From Candidatus Saccharimonadales bacterium (GTDB lineage Bacteria; Patescibacteriota; Saccharimonadia; Saccharimonadales; DASZAF01): a stretch of DNA of 64,000 bases. Location: NCBI GenBank assembly GCA_035480055.1, contig DATIIB010000001.1, positions 117,453 through 181,452 on the forward strand, given 5' to 3'. The notes beneath the pieces were generated by a model. It saw only the letters and a list, made by a program, of their open reading frames with translations. It had not been told where the DNA came from and ran no database searches. Within the stretch, counting starts at the first letter, position 1; every line of letters starts with the position of its first letter. Shown piece by piece: positions 1-10,177 of the stretch. The translations under genes were made by a program, and so were the position numbers.

Positions 1-341
1 CCAGTGCGACAGGCAAAAAGAGAGTCAGCTTGGTTGCAATATCGTACGTGAATCCAATGCGCGTCACCAACCCCCAAGCCAACCCGCGGATTGGAAAGCT
101 GGACATCAAAATATTAACGCCGCCTAAGCGCTCAAATGGCACCCATGTATTCCAGGAGGTCAGCATTTCGCGCACGCTTTCGTCTGGCCGGAACTCCCAG
201 TCACCAAACTCCAGCGTGCTAAAAAAATTAAACCACTGCAGATGCGTCGCAATCGCGGCGATCACCAGCAACACCACGTAGTAATGCGGTGGCTGTCGTA
301 TCCACAGCCACACTCTTCGCCACCAGATAGGAAGTTGCTGC
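1..341 (-). CDS. partial CDS running off window start; Trp-rich probable membrane protein (3' part of gene outside window)
   Basis: Minus-strand frame is open with no stop from ~341 to position 1 (~113 codons). Translation includes ...PHYYVVLLVIAAIATHLQWFNFFSTLEFGDWEFRPDESVREMLTSWNTWVPFERLGGVNILMSSFPIRGLAWGLVTRIGFTYDIATKLTLFLPVAL. Only GTG/TTG start candidates near 341. Not in ORF track because there is no in-window stop. Confidence 0.3.
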
Positions 342-342
342 T

Positions 343-1041
343 TCAAGCTTGTTCCTCGCGCAAACGGATATAAATCCCCTTAAACTGCATGGGTAAAGGC
401 AGGATCGCAAACAGGAGAAAGAAGGCGATCAGCGCTGGAATCTGTCGAAAAACCACTGCCACCGTTGTGATGAGCCCGGTAAAGCCGCCATCCCATTTGA
501 GCAATCGTGTAATAAGCGGATTTGTGGCTCGTTCTTTGGCGCGGCGCAGAGTAGACAAAGCTGTGTGCTGAGTCTTTGCGTAATTGTCCATGTAGGCCGC
601 CAAAAACCACGCAGCTACCAGGGCAAGCAACAGGTAGAGGGCGATATCTGCGTCATTGCTAAAATGATAGCCAATTGCCAAAGCAAGCAAAATCAGAATA
701 TCGCTCACGCGGTCAAAGAACGGGTCCAAAAACGCGCCAAGTGCACTCTGTTTATTAGCCAAGTGAGCCAACTGTCCATCAGCGCAATCCAAAACCTTAC
801 CAATATGAAACGGCGCCAGTGCCCACAGCGACATTGCGCTGTCGCCTGGCACAAACATCAGCGCTGAGGCAATATTAAAAACCAGCGATCCGGTCGAAAT
901 CTGATTCGGACTGATCCCGAGTTTTGCGGCCACCACAGCAATACGCATCGAGATGCGGCGATAGATATAAATATTCAGGAAGCCTTCGTGACGGCAGGAC
1001 TGCCAGTACACTTCCTGCAGGCGGGCTTTAGTAAAATGCAT
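343..1041 (-). CDS. CDP-alcohol phosphatidyltransferase family protein
   Basis: Motif DCADGQLAH...G..LD...D matches D-G-x2-A-R-x8-G-x3-D-x3-D of CDP-OH phosphatidyltransferases. Multi-TM. Start taken at internal Met (MHFTKAR) whose ATG overlaps the stop of the upstream GT2 gene. Confidence 0.75.
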   Translation of the reverse strand: MHFTKARLQEVYWQSCRHEGFLNIYIYRRISMRIAVVAAKLGISPNQISTGSLVFNIASALMFVPGDSAMSLWALAPFHIGKVLDCADGQLAHLANKQSALGAFLDPFFDRVSDILILLALAIGYHFSNDADIALYLLLALVAAWFLAAYMDNYAKTQHTALSTLRRAKERATNPLITRLLKWDGGFTGLITTVAVVFRQIPALIAFFLLFAILPLPMQFKGIYIRLREEQA

Positions 1042-1877
1042 TATGCGACCTCTCGCTTCCGCTGCTGCCATAGATATCCCGCGGCGCCGCACCCAAATTC
1101 AGCCACTTTCATAAACAGCATTCCCACTCCTAAAAGTGGATTGCCAAGCAAAACTTGCGGCCGCGAAAAGTAGAGACCAAACCGACGCAACACAATATTG
1201 GTTGGTTGGCGTGACACTTCGGTGGGGACGGTTTGGGCCGTGTAGGCCGTAAACTTTCCGGCATAGTAAAACTTCTTGCGCAATGTCCGCATCAGTTTTA
1301 ATTGTTGTTCATTATGCAATATAAAAGTATCCACGCGTGCTAGTGTACCAATAGCTCCAACTCGCTGCGACAGATCCCAATCTTCGCCGCTGACCAGCGC
1401 CTCGTTGTAACCGCCAACTTCCTCAAAAGTTGCTTTGCGGAAAAACCGCGCAGCTTCAATCCAATCTATGCCCACATAAAAGGAACGCTCCAAACGTTTA
1501 CATTGCGCCCAAAATCCTTGACCAAAAGATTCCTCCGGAATGATAATCCCCTTTACCGTCGGGTCAGCTTCGGCCGTGGCCACGCAGTTGGCAATCACTT
1601 CGGGTTGCAGCTCCATGTCAGAATCAATAATTACCACGTACTCACCTCTCGCTTTCCGCACGCCGAAGTTGCGCTGCGTGGAGCGCTCGGGCGTTTTGAT
1701 AAAAAACTTAGAGGTGTATCGTTTGGCAATCTCGATAGTATCATCGGTGGAAGCATTATCAACCACAATCAATTCGCAGTGTGGATAGGTTTGCGCGGTA
1801 ATCGAAGCCAGACATGCATCAAGTGTGGCGTGATTGTTATACGTGGTGACGATAATCGAAACGAGTGGTGTGTTCAT
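1041..1877 (-). CDS. glycosyltransferase family 2
   Basis: N-terminus VSIIVTTYNNHATLDACLASITAQTYPHCELIVVDNASTDDT is a typical GT-A/GT2 signature. DSD motif present. ATGA overlap with upstream GT4. Confidence 0.8.
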   Translation of the reverse strand: MNTPLVSIIVTTYNNHATLDACLASITAQTYPHCELIVVDNASTDDTIEIAKRYTSKFFIKTPERSTQRNFGVRKARGEYVVIIDSDMELQPEVIANCVATAEADPTVKGIIIPEESFGQGFWAQCKRLERSFYVGIDWIEAARFFRKATFEEVGGYNEALVSGEDWDLSQRVGAIGTLARVDTFILHNEQQLKLMRTLRKKFYYAGKFTAYTAQTVPTEVSRQPTNIVLRRFGLYFSRPQVLLGNPLLGVGMLFMKVAEFGCGAAGYLWQQRKREVA

Positions 1878-2980
1878 GCCAGTTCTACCGCTTCCTTAAA
1901 GTCACTATAGCTGCGATCAAAGGTGATATCTTGGCTCCAACGCCATGCGGCTTCTCTCATGGTAGCATAAACGGTTTCGTCCTGGAGTACCGCCACAATC
2001 CCCTCAGCCAAAGCGCTCGGATTGCACGCAGTCACCACACCGGTTTCGCCATCACGCACACTATCGCGCAGTCCATCCACGTCATATACCGCCGCAGGAG
2101 TTCCCTGGCTGGCGGCCTCAGTAATGGTCAGTCCCCAACCTTCTTTGACTGCTGTTTGTAAGATAACATGACTTTTTTGCATTAGTTCGTCTCTTTCGTC
2201 GTCGGGAATAGCGCCCATGTATTCGATGTCATCGCTAAAACGACTTTTCATGATATAGCGCCAGACTTTTTTGCCGTACCGTCCAGCCAATTGCCCAGCA
2301 ATGCGCAATTGCAAATGAGGAATACGCTCTTTGGCAATCTCAAAAGCTTTTACTTGATGCAGCGTTCGCTTCATAGATCGTACGCAACCAAAACTAAGGA
2401 GAGTTGGCTTAGTATATTTTCGGACTTTATCCAAGTTATCGATCGGTTTAATTTTGATACCCTCTGAAATAAGCGCGATCTCTTCTTGATCAAATCCATA
2501 ACGTTGCAAATCGCGTCTGGTGCTCTCGGACACGGTAATGACTTTCCCGCGGCGCCTGCTTATGAGTCGCAAATACAATGGTTCAGCCAAAAAACCCATC
2601 AGATTTACCGGTGCGCTCATCTGGTAAAACCAAATACGCCGACAAAGTTGGTGAAAAAAGAGCAACGACGGCTCTTTGACATAAAACTTCGTAAAGAAGG
2701 GAACGGTGTTGACCTCTTCGATCACCAAATCGGCCCAGCCCTGCAAATTCTTTTTGTAATATTGGTACGCTCGAACATATACGGTGTACCAACTTCCCAC
2801 TCGGATGACTCTATACCCATCAACCGCTTCTTCAGCAGCACTGCCTGGAAAACCACCCACGAGCATGGTGACGTCGTGACCATCTGCCACCAAGCGTCGC
2901 ACCAACTCCTCGTTCACCACTTCGGCACCCCCGGCATGCGGATGCTGGCGATCTTTCCACGTAAATATAAGGACCTTCAT
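1874..2980 (-). CDS. glycosyltransferase family 4
   Basis: C-terminal EGWGLTITEAASQGTPAAVYDVDGLRDSVRDGETG (GT4 E-x7-E region). Start chosen at MKVLIFTW, preceded by an AGGAGGG RBS. The ORF track start at 3067 is likely too long. Confidence 0.8.
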   Translation of the reverse strand: MKVLIFTWKDRQHPHAGGAEVVNEELVRRLVADGHDVTMLVGGFPGSAAEEAVDGYRVIRVGSWYTVYVRAYQYYKKNLQGWADLVIEEVNTVPFFTKFYVKEPSLLFFHQLCRRIWFYQMSAPVNLMGFLAEPLYLRLISRRRGKVITVSESTRRDLQRYGFDQEEIALISEGIKIKPIDNLDKVRKYTKPTLLSFGCVRSMKRTLHQVKAFEIAKERIPHLQLRIAGQLAGRYGKKVWRYIMKSRFSDDIEYMGAIPDDERDELMQKSHVILQTAVKEGWGLTITEAASQGTPAAVYDVDGLRDSVRDGETGVVTACNPSALAEGIVAVLQDETVYATMREAAWRWSQDITFDRSYSDFKEAVELA

Positions 2981-3106
2981 TCCACCCTCCTTAAATTTTG
3001 TGACGCACTTAATACACGAACAACAACGCCCAATAATAGGGCCCTTAATAAACCGTTCTGGTGTCAACGGTTTAGCTATTGAACGTGTCTTATGTGTGAA
3101 ATGTGC

Positions 3107-4390
3107 TTATCGGTTGTCTGGACGAGCTGGCATTATTCGCGAAGCTGCTAACCAGATACCAAGAAGGCACATCATTACGATGCTACCAAGTAATAAGCTG
3201 TCAATTATGGCCTCAAGGCTACTGTGGTGTCCCGCCATTAAAGCATAAGTGACAACAGCCCCTATTATAGCAACTAATGCAATGCCGTAGCGACGAAGTG
3301 CAATGTAATAGGAGATAAATAGGTTAAGTACAGAGATAATAAAAACGGCTAAACTTAATTTTGGCAACAGTCCCACGTAGGCGTGATAGGCAGGTCCCAT
3401 TAGTGAACCAACGATGAACTTTGGAAAACACATAAAGACAATTTCGGCCGGCAGACCCACCAACGCCAACAAACCAAGCGACTTTAATAATAACTGCCGA
3501 TTTTCTGCCGGGCTTTGCTTGAGCTTGACTGAAGGCAAAAGCACCAAGGAGATCGAGGCTGTCAAAAAGAAGATGATCCGCGCCACGCTTGAAATACCCG
3601 CGTACAAACCAGCTGTCTGCGCATCAAAATAATGTTTAACCACTACAATGTCCAAACTGTATTGAATGGTAATAATGAGTGAACCCACCAACACCAAAGC
3701 ACCGTACCTTAATTCTGGAAGCAGGACCTTAAGGTTTGGCAGCATTATACGTCTAGTTCCTGGAGTGTGCCGCAATCCCAATCGCGCTGCATAGGCTGCC
3801 GCATAGATCGAGGCGATTATCTGCGAGATTGCAATTCCCGCAATCGCTCCTGCCGTTCCCCAACCAATAACCACCAGCAATACCGAAAGCACCAACTTTC
3901 CCCCAGCGCCTAAAAGATTCGCGAGCGATGCCAAACCGAACTTCTTTTTGCCACGCAAGAATGAACTGCGAAACATAAAGGGCACGCTGGTAACCACGCT
4001 GACCATCAAAATAATAAATGGCCAGGCCGACTCAAAATGGAAAAACCTTTTCAGCTGCTGGTTGAAGACCGCGACAACAATCGTCACCAGAATACCTACA
4101 AGCAGCGCCAGCTTTTCAAACTCAAAGACCACTTGATTGCGAGCGTCTTCGCTTTCGTAATTGGCCACCACGTTTACCGTCACCAGCCCCAGCACGGTTA
4201 AAAAAATACTCAGCTGCAAAAAAAGTGAAACCAATGCCTGTACTTCACCAAACGCAGCAGGGTTGAGCAACCGGCCCAGGATTGGATAATACACATAATT
4301 CAGCCCACCAACCGCTAAGGAGCCAAAAAAGAACACGGCATTGTGCCGAAGAAAAGTGCTCTTTTTAAGGTGTGTAATTATCTGTTGCAT
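3107..4390 (-). CDS. polysaccharide biosynthesis protein, MOP-superfamily flippase (Wzx-like)
   Basis: 427 aa, ~12 predicted TM helices. Typical Wzx/MurJ-like architecture. Sits in a glycan locus. Confidence 0.65.
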   Translation of the reverse strand: MQQIITHLKKSTFLRHNAVFFFGSLAVGGLNYVYYPILGRLLNPAAFGEVQALVSLFLQLSIFLTVLGLVTVNVVANYESEDARNQVVFEFEKLALLVGILVTIVVAVFNQQLKRFFHFESAWPFIILMVSVVTSVPFMFRSSFLRGKKKFGLASLANLLGAGGKLVLSVLLVVIGWGTAGAIAGIAISQIIASIYAAAYAARLGLRHTPGTRRIMLPNLKVLLPELRYGALVLVGSLIITIQYSLDIVVVKHYFDAQTAGLYAGISSVARIIFFLTASISLVLLPSVKLKQSPAENRQLLLKSLGLLALVGLPAEIVFMCFPKFIVGSLMGPAYHAYVGLLPKLSLAVFIISVLNLFISYYIALRRYGIALVAIIGAVVTYALMAGHHSSLEAIIDSLLLGSIVMMCLLGIWLAASRIMPARPDNR

Positions 4391-4448
4391 ATCAAAACTT
4401 CCACGTCATTCCAATGTATCATATTACGCCTTCTGGTATTATGAATGT

Positions 4449-5231
4449 ATGCGACCAATTTGGACTGGCTCAATCAGTTTTGGCTTGGTGAATGTTCCGG
4501 TACATTTGTTTAGCGGCACTAATCCGCGGCAAGGCCTGGACCTGGACATGCTGCACAAAGATGATCACTCGCCTATTCGTTATGCGCGCATTTGTCGCGA
4601 AGATGGTGAGGAAATTCCCTGGAATGATATCGTCAAAGGTTATGAATACCGCGAAGGCGACTACGTGGTCCTCACCAAGGCTGACTTTGAAAAAGCTGAT
4701 CCCAAAAAATCCAAAACCATCGATATCCAACAATTTGTCGACTCCAGCGAAGTAGATATCCGCTACTTTGAAAAACCTTACTACTTAGAACCTGACGAAG
4801 GCGCCGAAAAAGCCTACCGCTTGCTCCACGAAGCGCTGGAACGTTCTGGCAAATTGGCTCTGGCTCTGTTTGTGATTCATGAACGCGAGCATCTTGGCGT
4901 CATCAAGCCGGTTGGCAAAGCCTTGGTCCTTAACCAAATGCGTTGGCCAAGTGATTTGCGGGAAGGCGTCGACCTCAAACTTCCAAGCAACGAAATTGAT
5001 GAAAAAGAGGTGAAGGTGGCCTTGCAACTGATCGCCCAGCAAACCAAACCGTTTGCTCCAGAAGATTTTCAGGACACCTACACGGACAACTTGGAAGAAA
5101 TTATTGCCAAAAAAGCCAAGGGTAAAACCCCGACCGCAGTTCGCCGCAAACCAGCCGAAAAAACAAATGCCAAAGACTTGCTGCAAACGCTTAAAGCCAG
5201 TTTGGCCACCAACGAGAAGTCAAAAAAATAG
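4449..5231 (+). CDS. ku: Ku protein (non-homologous end joining)
   Basis: MRPIWTGSISFGLVNVPVHLFSGT... is the canonical bacterial Ku N-terminus. Start moved to internal ATG at 4449. Immediately followed by ligD. Confidence 0.85.
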   Translation: MRPIWTGSISFGLVNVPVHLFSGTNPRQGLDLDMLHKDDHSPIRYARICREDGEEIPWNDIVKGYEYREGDYVVLTKADFEKADPKKSKTIDIQQFVDSSEVDIRYFEKPYYLEPDEGAEKAYRLLHEALERSGKLALALFVIHEREHLGVIKPVGKALVLNQMRWPSDLREGVDLKLPSNEIDEKEVKVALQLIAQQTKPFAPEDFQDTYTDNLEEIIAKKAKGKTPTAVRRKPAEKTNAKDLLQTLKASLATNEKSKK

Positions 5232-5234
5232 CCC

Positions 5235-7697
5235 ATGGGTCTTGGCAAATATTTTGCAAAACGAAAGTTTGCCCACACCCCGGAACCCAAGGGTAAAGTC
5301 GCTGCGCCACATAAAAAGTTAGCCTTTGTGGTGCAGGAGCATCACGCCTCGCAGCTGCATTATGACTTTCGGCTAGAGCTCGACGGCGTGCTCAAAAGCT
5401 GGGCTGTGCCCAAAGGTCCGTCCATGAATCCGCACGAGCGCCATTTGGCTGTGCAGGTGGAAGATCATCCTTTTGCGTATCGTACATTTGAGGGCACAAT
5501 TCCTGAAGGTAACTACGGTGCTGGCGAAGTGATTATCTGGGACCAAGGCACCTACTGGCCGCGCGCCGAGACTACCAATCCAACGACGACCTTACGCCAG
5601 GAACTAGCCAACGGACACCTCACGTTTGTGCTGGATGGCCAAAAGTTACACGGTGAATTTGCGCTGATTAAACTTGATGGAGCCGACAAAGATGCCTGGC
5701 TATTGATCAAGAAAGGAGACGAATATGCAACAACCAAAGATATTACGACCAAGGATGAATCGGTGGTGAGCGGCAAAAAGGTCGACGAATTGGCGGAAAA
5801 ACCAACCCACCTCGAAGCCTTTCCCAAAAAAGCCCTGCCTCGCAAGATTACTCCCATGCTCACCACGCTGGTTGATGAGCCGTTTACCAAAGATGGCTGG
5901 CTGTTCGAAATGAAGTGGGATGGGTATCGCGCGATTGGCACAAAGCATAAAGACGAGGTGGAACTCTACTCACGTAATGGCCTGGACTTTAGCGAGAAGT
6001 TCGCCGCCATTGCCGAAGCGCTGCGCTCGCTCAAGCACGAAGTTGTGGTAGACGGCGAGATCGTGGTGACCGACGAGACTGGCCGGCCGCATTTTGAACG
6101 TCTTCAAAACTGGGGCAGGAAACAAGAGGGGACCTTGCAGTACTGCGTGTTCGATATTTTATGGTATGACGGACGGGATATCCGAGAAATGCCTTTGCAT
6201 GAGCGTAAAAAGCTACTGCGCTCGGTCATTCCCAAGAGTTCCCAAAAATTGATCTTCAGTGACGATGTGGTGCGCGAAGGCGAGTCGTTCTTTCGCTCGG
6301 TCGCGGCGCATCATTTGGAGGGTATGGTTGCCAAACGAGCTGATAGCACTTATCAAGCCGGTATTCGCGGTGGCGATTGGCTCAAGGTTAAGACTCACCT
6401 TCGTCAAGAAGTGGTGATTGGCGGCTTTACCGAAGGCCGTGGCACTCGGACGTACCTCGGCGCACTGTTGGTGGGCGTGTATCACAGAGGAAAATTCGAG
6501 TATGTAGGGCATGTGAATGCAGGTATGCCTGATGATGAACGACGGCTGCTGCGCGACAAACTTAACAAACTCGAACAGCCAGCTTCTTTATTTGAGCAAG
6601 AGCCAAAACCCAATGGCACTGTGCACTGGGTGAGGCCAAGGCTGGTCTGTGAAGTATCGTTTAGCGAATGGACGAGCGAAAACATGCTGCGCCAACCAGA
6701 GTTTGAAGGTTTGCGGCCAGATAAAAACGCGAGCGAGGTGCACCGTGAAAAACCTAAGAAACTAGATGCAAAACATCCCGAGGCCAGTCCGGCCGCAAAG
6801 AAGCCAGGCGCTACCGCCAAGCAACCTTTTGCGTTCACTCATCTGGACAAACTATTCTGGCCCGAACGCGGCTACACCAAAGGCGATCTTATTCATTACT
6901 ACGAATCCGTCAGCCACACCATTCTTCCCTACCTTCTTGATCGTCCGATTTCGATGCTACGGCAGCCCAGCGGCTATAAAGATCACGGCTTTTTCCAAAA
7001 AGATGTCAGCAGCCTGCACCTGCCGCCTTTTGTGCATACCAAAACCATCTTTTCCGAAAGCACCAATGAAAACGTCAAATACATTGTAATGAAAAACCTG
7101 GAAACCTTGCTGTACATTGTGCAATTGGGGTCGATCGAGATTAATCCCTGGAGCTCACGTGTGCCACACCTCAGCAAACCAGACTGGGCAGTGATCGACC
7201 TCGATCCCGAAGGAGTCACTTTTAAAGATGTTATTGCGATTGCCAAAACGGTGCATGAAGTCTGCGAAGAATGGCACATTCCCCATTACCCCAAAACGTC
7301 TGGCAAAACCGGTATCCACATTTTTATTCCCACCGGCGGCGCCTACACGTACGCTCAGGTTCGTGACTTTGCGCATTTGATTGTGCTTGAGGTCAACAAA
7401 CGCCAACCAAAACTTACCAGCCTTGAGCGTAATCCACGCGATCGCCATCACAAAATCTACCTCGACTACTTACAGAATGGCGAAGGTCAAACGCTGGCCA
7501 GCCCCTATTCCGTGCGCCCCACCAAAGACGCTTCGGTTTCAACTCCTCTGCATTGGGATGAAGTTACGATGCGCCTGACGCCGCAGCAATTCACGATCAA
7601 GAATACGCCTGCGCGGCTCCAGAAAGTTGGGGACTTGTGGAAGCCTATACTTGGCAAAGGGGTTGATATCCAAGAAATTCTCAAAACGTTGTCGTGA
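5235..7697 (+). CDS. ligD: ATP-dependent DNA ligase LigD, three-domain (3'-phosphoesterase - ligase - polymerase/primase)
   Basis: N-terminal HHASQLHYDFRLELDGVLKSWAVPKGPS (LigD PE domain). Central EMKWDGYRA (KxDG adenylation motif). C-terminal LigD Pol domain. 820 aa. Confidence 0.85.
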   Translation: MGLGKYFAKRKFAHTPEPKGKVAAPHKKLAFVVQEHHASQLHYDFRLELDGVLKSWAVPKGPSMNPHERHLAVQVEDHPFAYRTFEGTIPEGNYGAGEVIIWDQGTYWPRAETTNPTTTLRQELANGHLTFVLDGQKLHGEFALIKLDGADKDAWLLIKKGDEYATTKDITTKDESVVSGKKVDELAEKPTHLEAFPKKALPRKITPMLTTLVDEPFTKDGWLFEMKWDGYRAIGTKHKDEVELYSRNGLDFSEKFAAIAEALRSLKHEVVVDGEIVVTDETGRPHFERLQNWGRKQEGTLQYCVFDILWYDGRDIREMPLHERKKLLRSVIPKSSQKLIFSDDVVREGESFFRSVAAHHLEGMVAKRADSTYQAGIRGGDWLKVKTHLRQEVVIGGFTEGRGTRTYLGALLVGVYHRGKFEYVGHVNAGMPDDERRLLRDKLNKLEQPASLFEQEPKPNGTVHWVRPRLVCEVSFSEWTSENMLRQPEFEGLRPDKNASEVHREKPKKLDAKHPEASPAAKKPGATAKQPFAFTHLDKLFWPERGYTKGDLIHYYESVSHTILPYLLDRPISMLRQPSGYKDHGFFQKDVSSLHLPPFVHTKTIFSESTNENVKYIVMKNLETLLYIVQLGSIEINPWSSRVPHLSKPDWAVIDLDPEGVTFKDVIAIAKTVHEVCEEWHIPHYPKTSGKTGIHIFIPTGGAYTYAQVRDFAHLIVLEVNKRQPKLTSLERNPRDRHHKIYLDYLQNGEGQTLASPYSVRPTKDASVSTPLHWDEVTMRLTPQQFTIKNTPARLQKVGDLWKPILGKGVDIQEILKTLS

Positions 7698-7750
7698 TTA
7701 CCCACAGCGTGTATGCTTAGCATAAGCATAGAATTCGCTAAGGAGTACGC

Positions 7751-8398
7751 ATGAACACAGAAGCGCCAAAAGATAAGGACACTCAGCAAACGACCAAAAG
7801 TAAATGGGGCAAATGGCTCGGCATAGTCCTCATTGTGATATTGCTTGGTGCAGTTGGTCTACTGGGTTGGTGGCTCAAAAATTGCCGCGAAACCGACAAA
7901 ACCACCGACCGCCAAAAGCAGCAGCTGCAAAGCCAAGTCGATACGCTCAAAAAACAACTTGATGACGCCAAAAAAGCCGCTGTCGCAAGCAGCCCAAGCA
8001 CGACACCCACTACTCCAGCCCCTACTTGCAGCGCTGTCTCGCAATCACTCAAAGACAACATCAAAGACGCCATCAGCAGCAAAAACACGGCCGCGCTACA
8101 GGGCTATATGACAAGTTCGGTCAAACTGGTAATCGCCGCATCCGAAAAAGGAAGTACTGAATCAGCAGCCCAAGCGGTCACAGACCTCGACTACTTGAAC
8201 AATAACGCCACCGCGCCATGGGACTTTGCCTTAACTGCCGCCACCACCAACGCCTACAAGGCTGGTTTCTACGGGGCCTACTTTGCTGACGGAACCTTTG
8301 TGGGCAAAGCGAACAATGGCTACGTGGTGTCATTTGGCTTTACCTGTGGCAAAATCAGCACGGTCTTTATGGCCGCCAGTCCTGATTTGCTTACTTAG
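7751..8398 (+). CDS. hypothetical membrane-anchored protein
   Basis: AAGGAG RBS. N-terminal TM (LGIVLIVILLGAVGLLGWWL), coiled-coil, then S/T/P-rich linker. Confidence 0.5.
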   Translation: MNTEAPKDKDTQQTTKSKWGKWLGIVLIVILLGAVGLLGWWLKNCRETDKTTDRQKQQLQSQVDTLKKQLDDAKKAAVASSPSTTPTTPAPTCSAVSQSLKDNIKDAISSKNTAALQGYMTSSVKLVIAASEKGSTESAAQAVTDLDYLNNNATAPWDFALTAATTNAYKAGFYGAYFADGTFVGKANNGYVVSFGFTCGKISTVFMAASPDLLT

Positions 8399-9737
8399 AG
8401 GTACGATCGGGTAACTCAAAAATAACGGTCGTCCCCTTGCCCACCGCCGATTCAAGCCATAAGGTGCCACCATGCTGCTGGATCGTCTTCCGTGCAAGAT
8501 ACAATCCAAGTCCAGTGCCGTGCCGGCCGCTATCCACCGCATTGCTGGCCCGATAAAAGCCTGCAAACACCTTGGCTTGTTCGCTCTTTGGGATCCCAAT
8601 GCCCGCGTCGGTAATACTAAAGCGATGCTTGCCATTAACCAGATGGTACCCGACAACAACCGTCCCGCCATCTTCAGAATATTTAATCGCGTTTGAGATG
8701 AGATTATTCATCACCCGCTTTATCTTAACCGCATCACACGTCACCATAAGTTTATCAGGCCACTGCGCATCAAACCGCAATCCAATGCGGCGCTCCTTTG
8801 CCGGCAGCGCTTGCATGGCAAAGATTTCGCGAGTCAACTTGGTCATGTCAGTGGGGGTAGGAGTAAGGTCCTGGCCCTGCCTGCCTAGGCGCGTCAGATC
8901 CAGTACTTCATCGACACTTTCTTGCAGCCGCTGGGAACTTTCTTTGATGGCATCAGTGAGCGAACGCTGCGGGTCGGTTTGCGGAGTAAGCTGTAATGTT
9001 TCGGCCGCCCAACGGATGCCAGCCAGCGGCGAATTTAGCTCATGAGAAATAATCGAAACCAGCTCAGCCTTGAGCTCCACCACTTCTCGGTGGCGGCGAC
9101 GCATCGCGTCAAATGCAGCGACAATCGTTGCTGCAACTGCCGCAATGCCCATTGGTAAGGTTGCGGCGCCAATCGTTAAGGTCAGATATTGTTTGGCCGG
9201 AATATCAATACCGATGATCGCGACGAGCTTGTGTGTGCTCGGTTCAAAAACCGGCGAAAGCGCTGATAGCCAAATACCCCACCGATCGCGAATCGGTCCC
9301 TCTATCAAATCCTGACCATCGGTAAACATCGCCTTCACTGCATCGCTCGCCTCATCAAAGGTTTGCCCTGGCGGCGAATAATCGCTGCTGGTGGGTGGTT
9401 CAGAATCAGCATTAAAATAGACGCCTCCATTTCGGGCGCCCATGACGTATACAAATCGCGAATCGCGGTTGGCTTGATGTATGCTAATAAGTTTTTCTTT
9501 GAGTTTGGTGTAGTTTGGTTGTGAAAGATCTTTATCGGTCCCAGTCAATTGGCTGATCTGTTGAGGATCCACAGCCAAGGCTGCAGTTCGCGCGCGGTCG
9601 ATAAATAATTGGCGATAGAGTGAATTAGCGGTCAGTGCCGCAATCGCAGCCACAATCGCTCCGACTCCCAAAATCGCACACACCTTTATGCTTGTTGCAA
9701 GATACCCTGAATGTTGGTTTGAGCGCAGTTTACGCAT
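8391..9737 (-). CDS. sensor histidine kinase
   Basis: Two TM segments flank a periplasmic domain. H-box HELNSPLAGIRWAAETL. G-boxes GTGLGLYLARKTIQQHGGTLWLES. Confidence 0.85.
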   Translation of the reverse strand: MRKLRSNQHSGYLATSIKVCAILGVGAIVAAIAALTANSLYRQLFIDRARTAALAVDPQQISQLTGTDKDLSQPNYTKLKEKLISIHQANRDSRFVYVMGARNGGVYFNADSEPPTSSDYSPPGQTFDEASDAVKAMFTDGQDLIEGPIRDRWGIWLSALSPVFEPSTHKLVAIIGIDIPAKQYLTLTIGAATLPMGIAAVAATIVAAFDAMRRRHREVVELKAELVSIISHELNSPLAGIRWAAETLQLTPQTDPQRSLTDAIKESSQRLQESVDEVLDLTRLGRQGQDLTPTPTDMTKLTREIFAMQALPAKERRIGLRFDAQWPDKLMVTCDAVKIKRVMNNLISNAIKYSEDGGTVVVGYHLVNGKHRFSITDAGIGIPKSEQAKVFAGFYRASNAVDSGRHGTGLGLYLARKTIQQHGGTLWLESAVGKGTTVIFELPDRTSK

Positions 9738-9847
9738 TAATCCTCTTACGTTTATAGTACGGTATTCAAGGAGTAATATGCAAACAAATGTTCGCTGTAT
9801 TCATCTCAACATAAGCATTTACTCAGTTTAGCATTCTACTATTCCCA

Positions 9848-10126
9848 ATGGTAAACAAGGAGCACAATGTGAAGCATATAAGGCTACAGCATGACTACGC
9901 AATTGTTTTACAGCAAGTGAATGATACTGGCGAAGAAGACTTTGAGGCACTCGCTGAAAGTTTGCGATTCGGACCAGCCCAACTCGCACATATCATTCAG
10001 GAACTGCACCACAAAGGCTTGATCGTCAGTCGCAATTCGTCGTATGGATTATGGATTCGGCTGAGCGCCAAAGGCAAAAAATTCGTACGGACCCTCTGGC
10101 CAGAATCAGCCATGGCCGCGTACTAA
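9848..10126 (+). CDS. hypothetical small protein (possible winged-helix regulator)
   Basis: 92 aa. Followed by a strong intrinsic terminator. Confidence 0.4.
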   Translation: MVNKEHNVKHIRLQHDYAIVLQQVNDTGEEDFEALAESLRFGPAQLAHIIQELHHKGLIVSRNSSYGLWIRLSAKGKKFVRTLWPESAMAAY

Positions 10127-10143
10127 CGCATCAGGCAATCACC

Positions 10144-10177
10144 AAAGGAGGCTCCCACCCAGCCTCCTTTTTTATTT
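10144..10177 (+). terminator. rho-independent terminator (bidirectional; also closes convergent minus-strand gene)
   Basis: AAAGGAGGCT-CCCACCC-AGCCTCCTTT, a perfect 10-bp stem with 7-nt loop, followed by TTTTATTT. Confidence 0.55.

Noticed and set aside
30-281. 83-aa plus-strand ORF at the window start
   Set aside because: Translation is not protein-like. The opposite strand carries a long stop-free frame with a Trp-rich membrane-protein-like sequence running off the window edge, which is preferred.
7711-7729. Palindrome TATGCTTA-GCA-TAAGCATA downstream of ligD (and similar AGCATAAG motifs at ~9811 and ~15789)
   Set aside because: Short 8-bp inverted repeat without a following T-run. Possibly an operator or a weak terminator, but too little evidence to call a feature.
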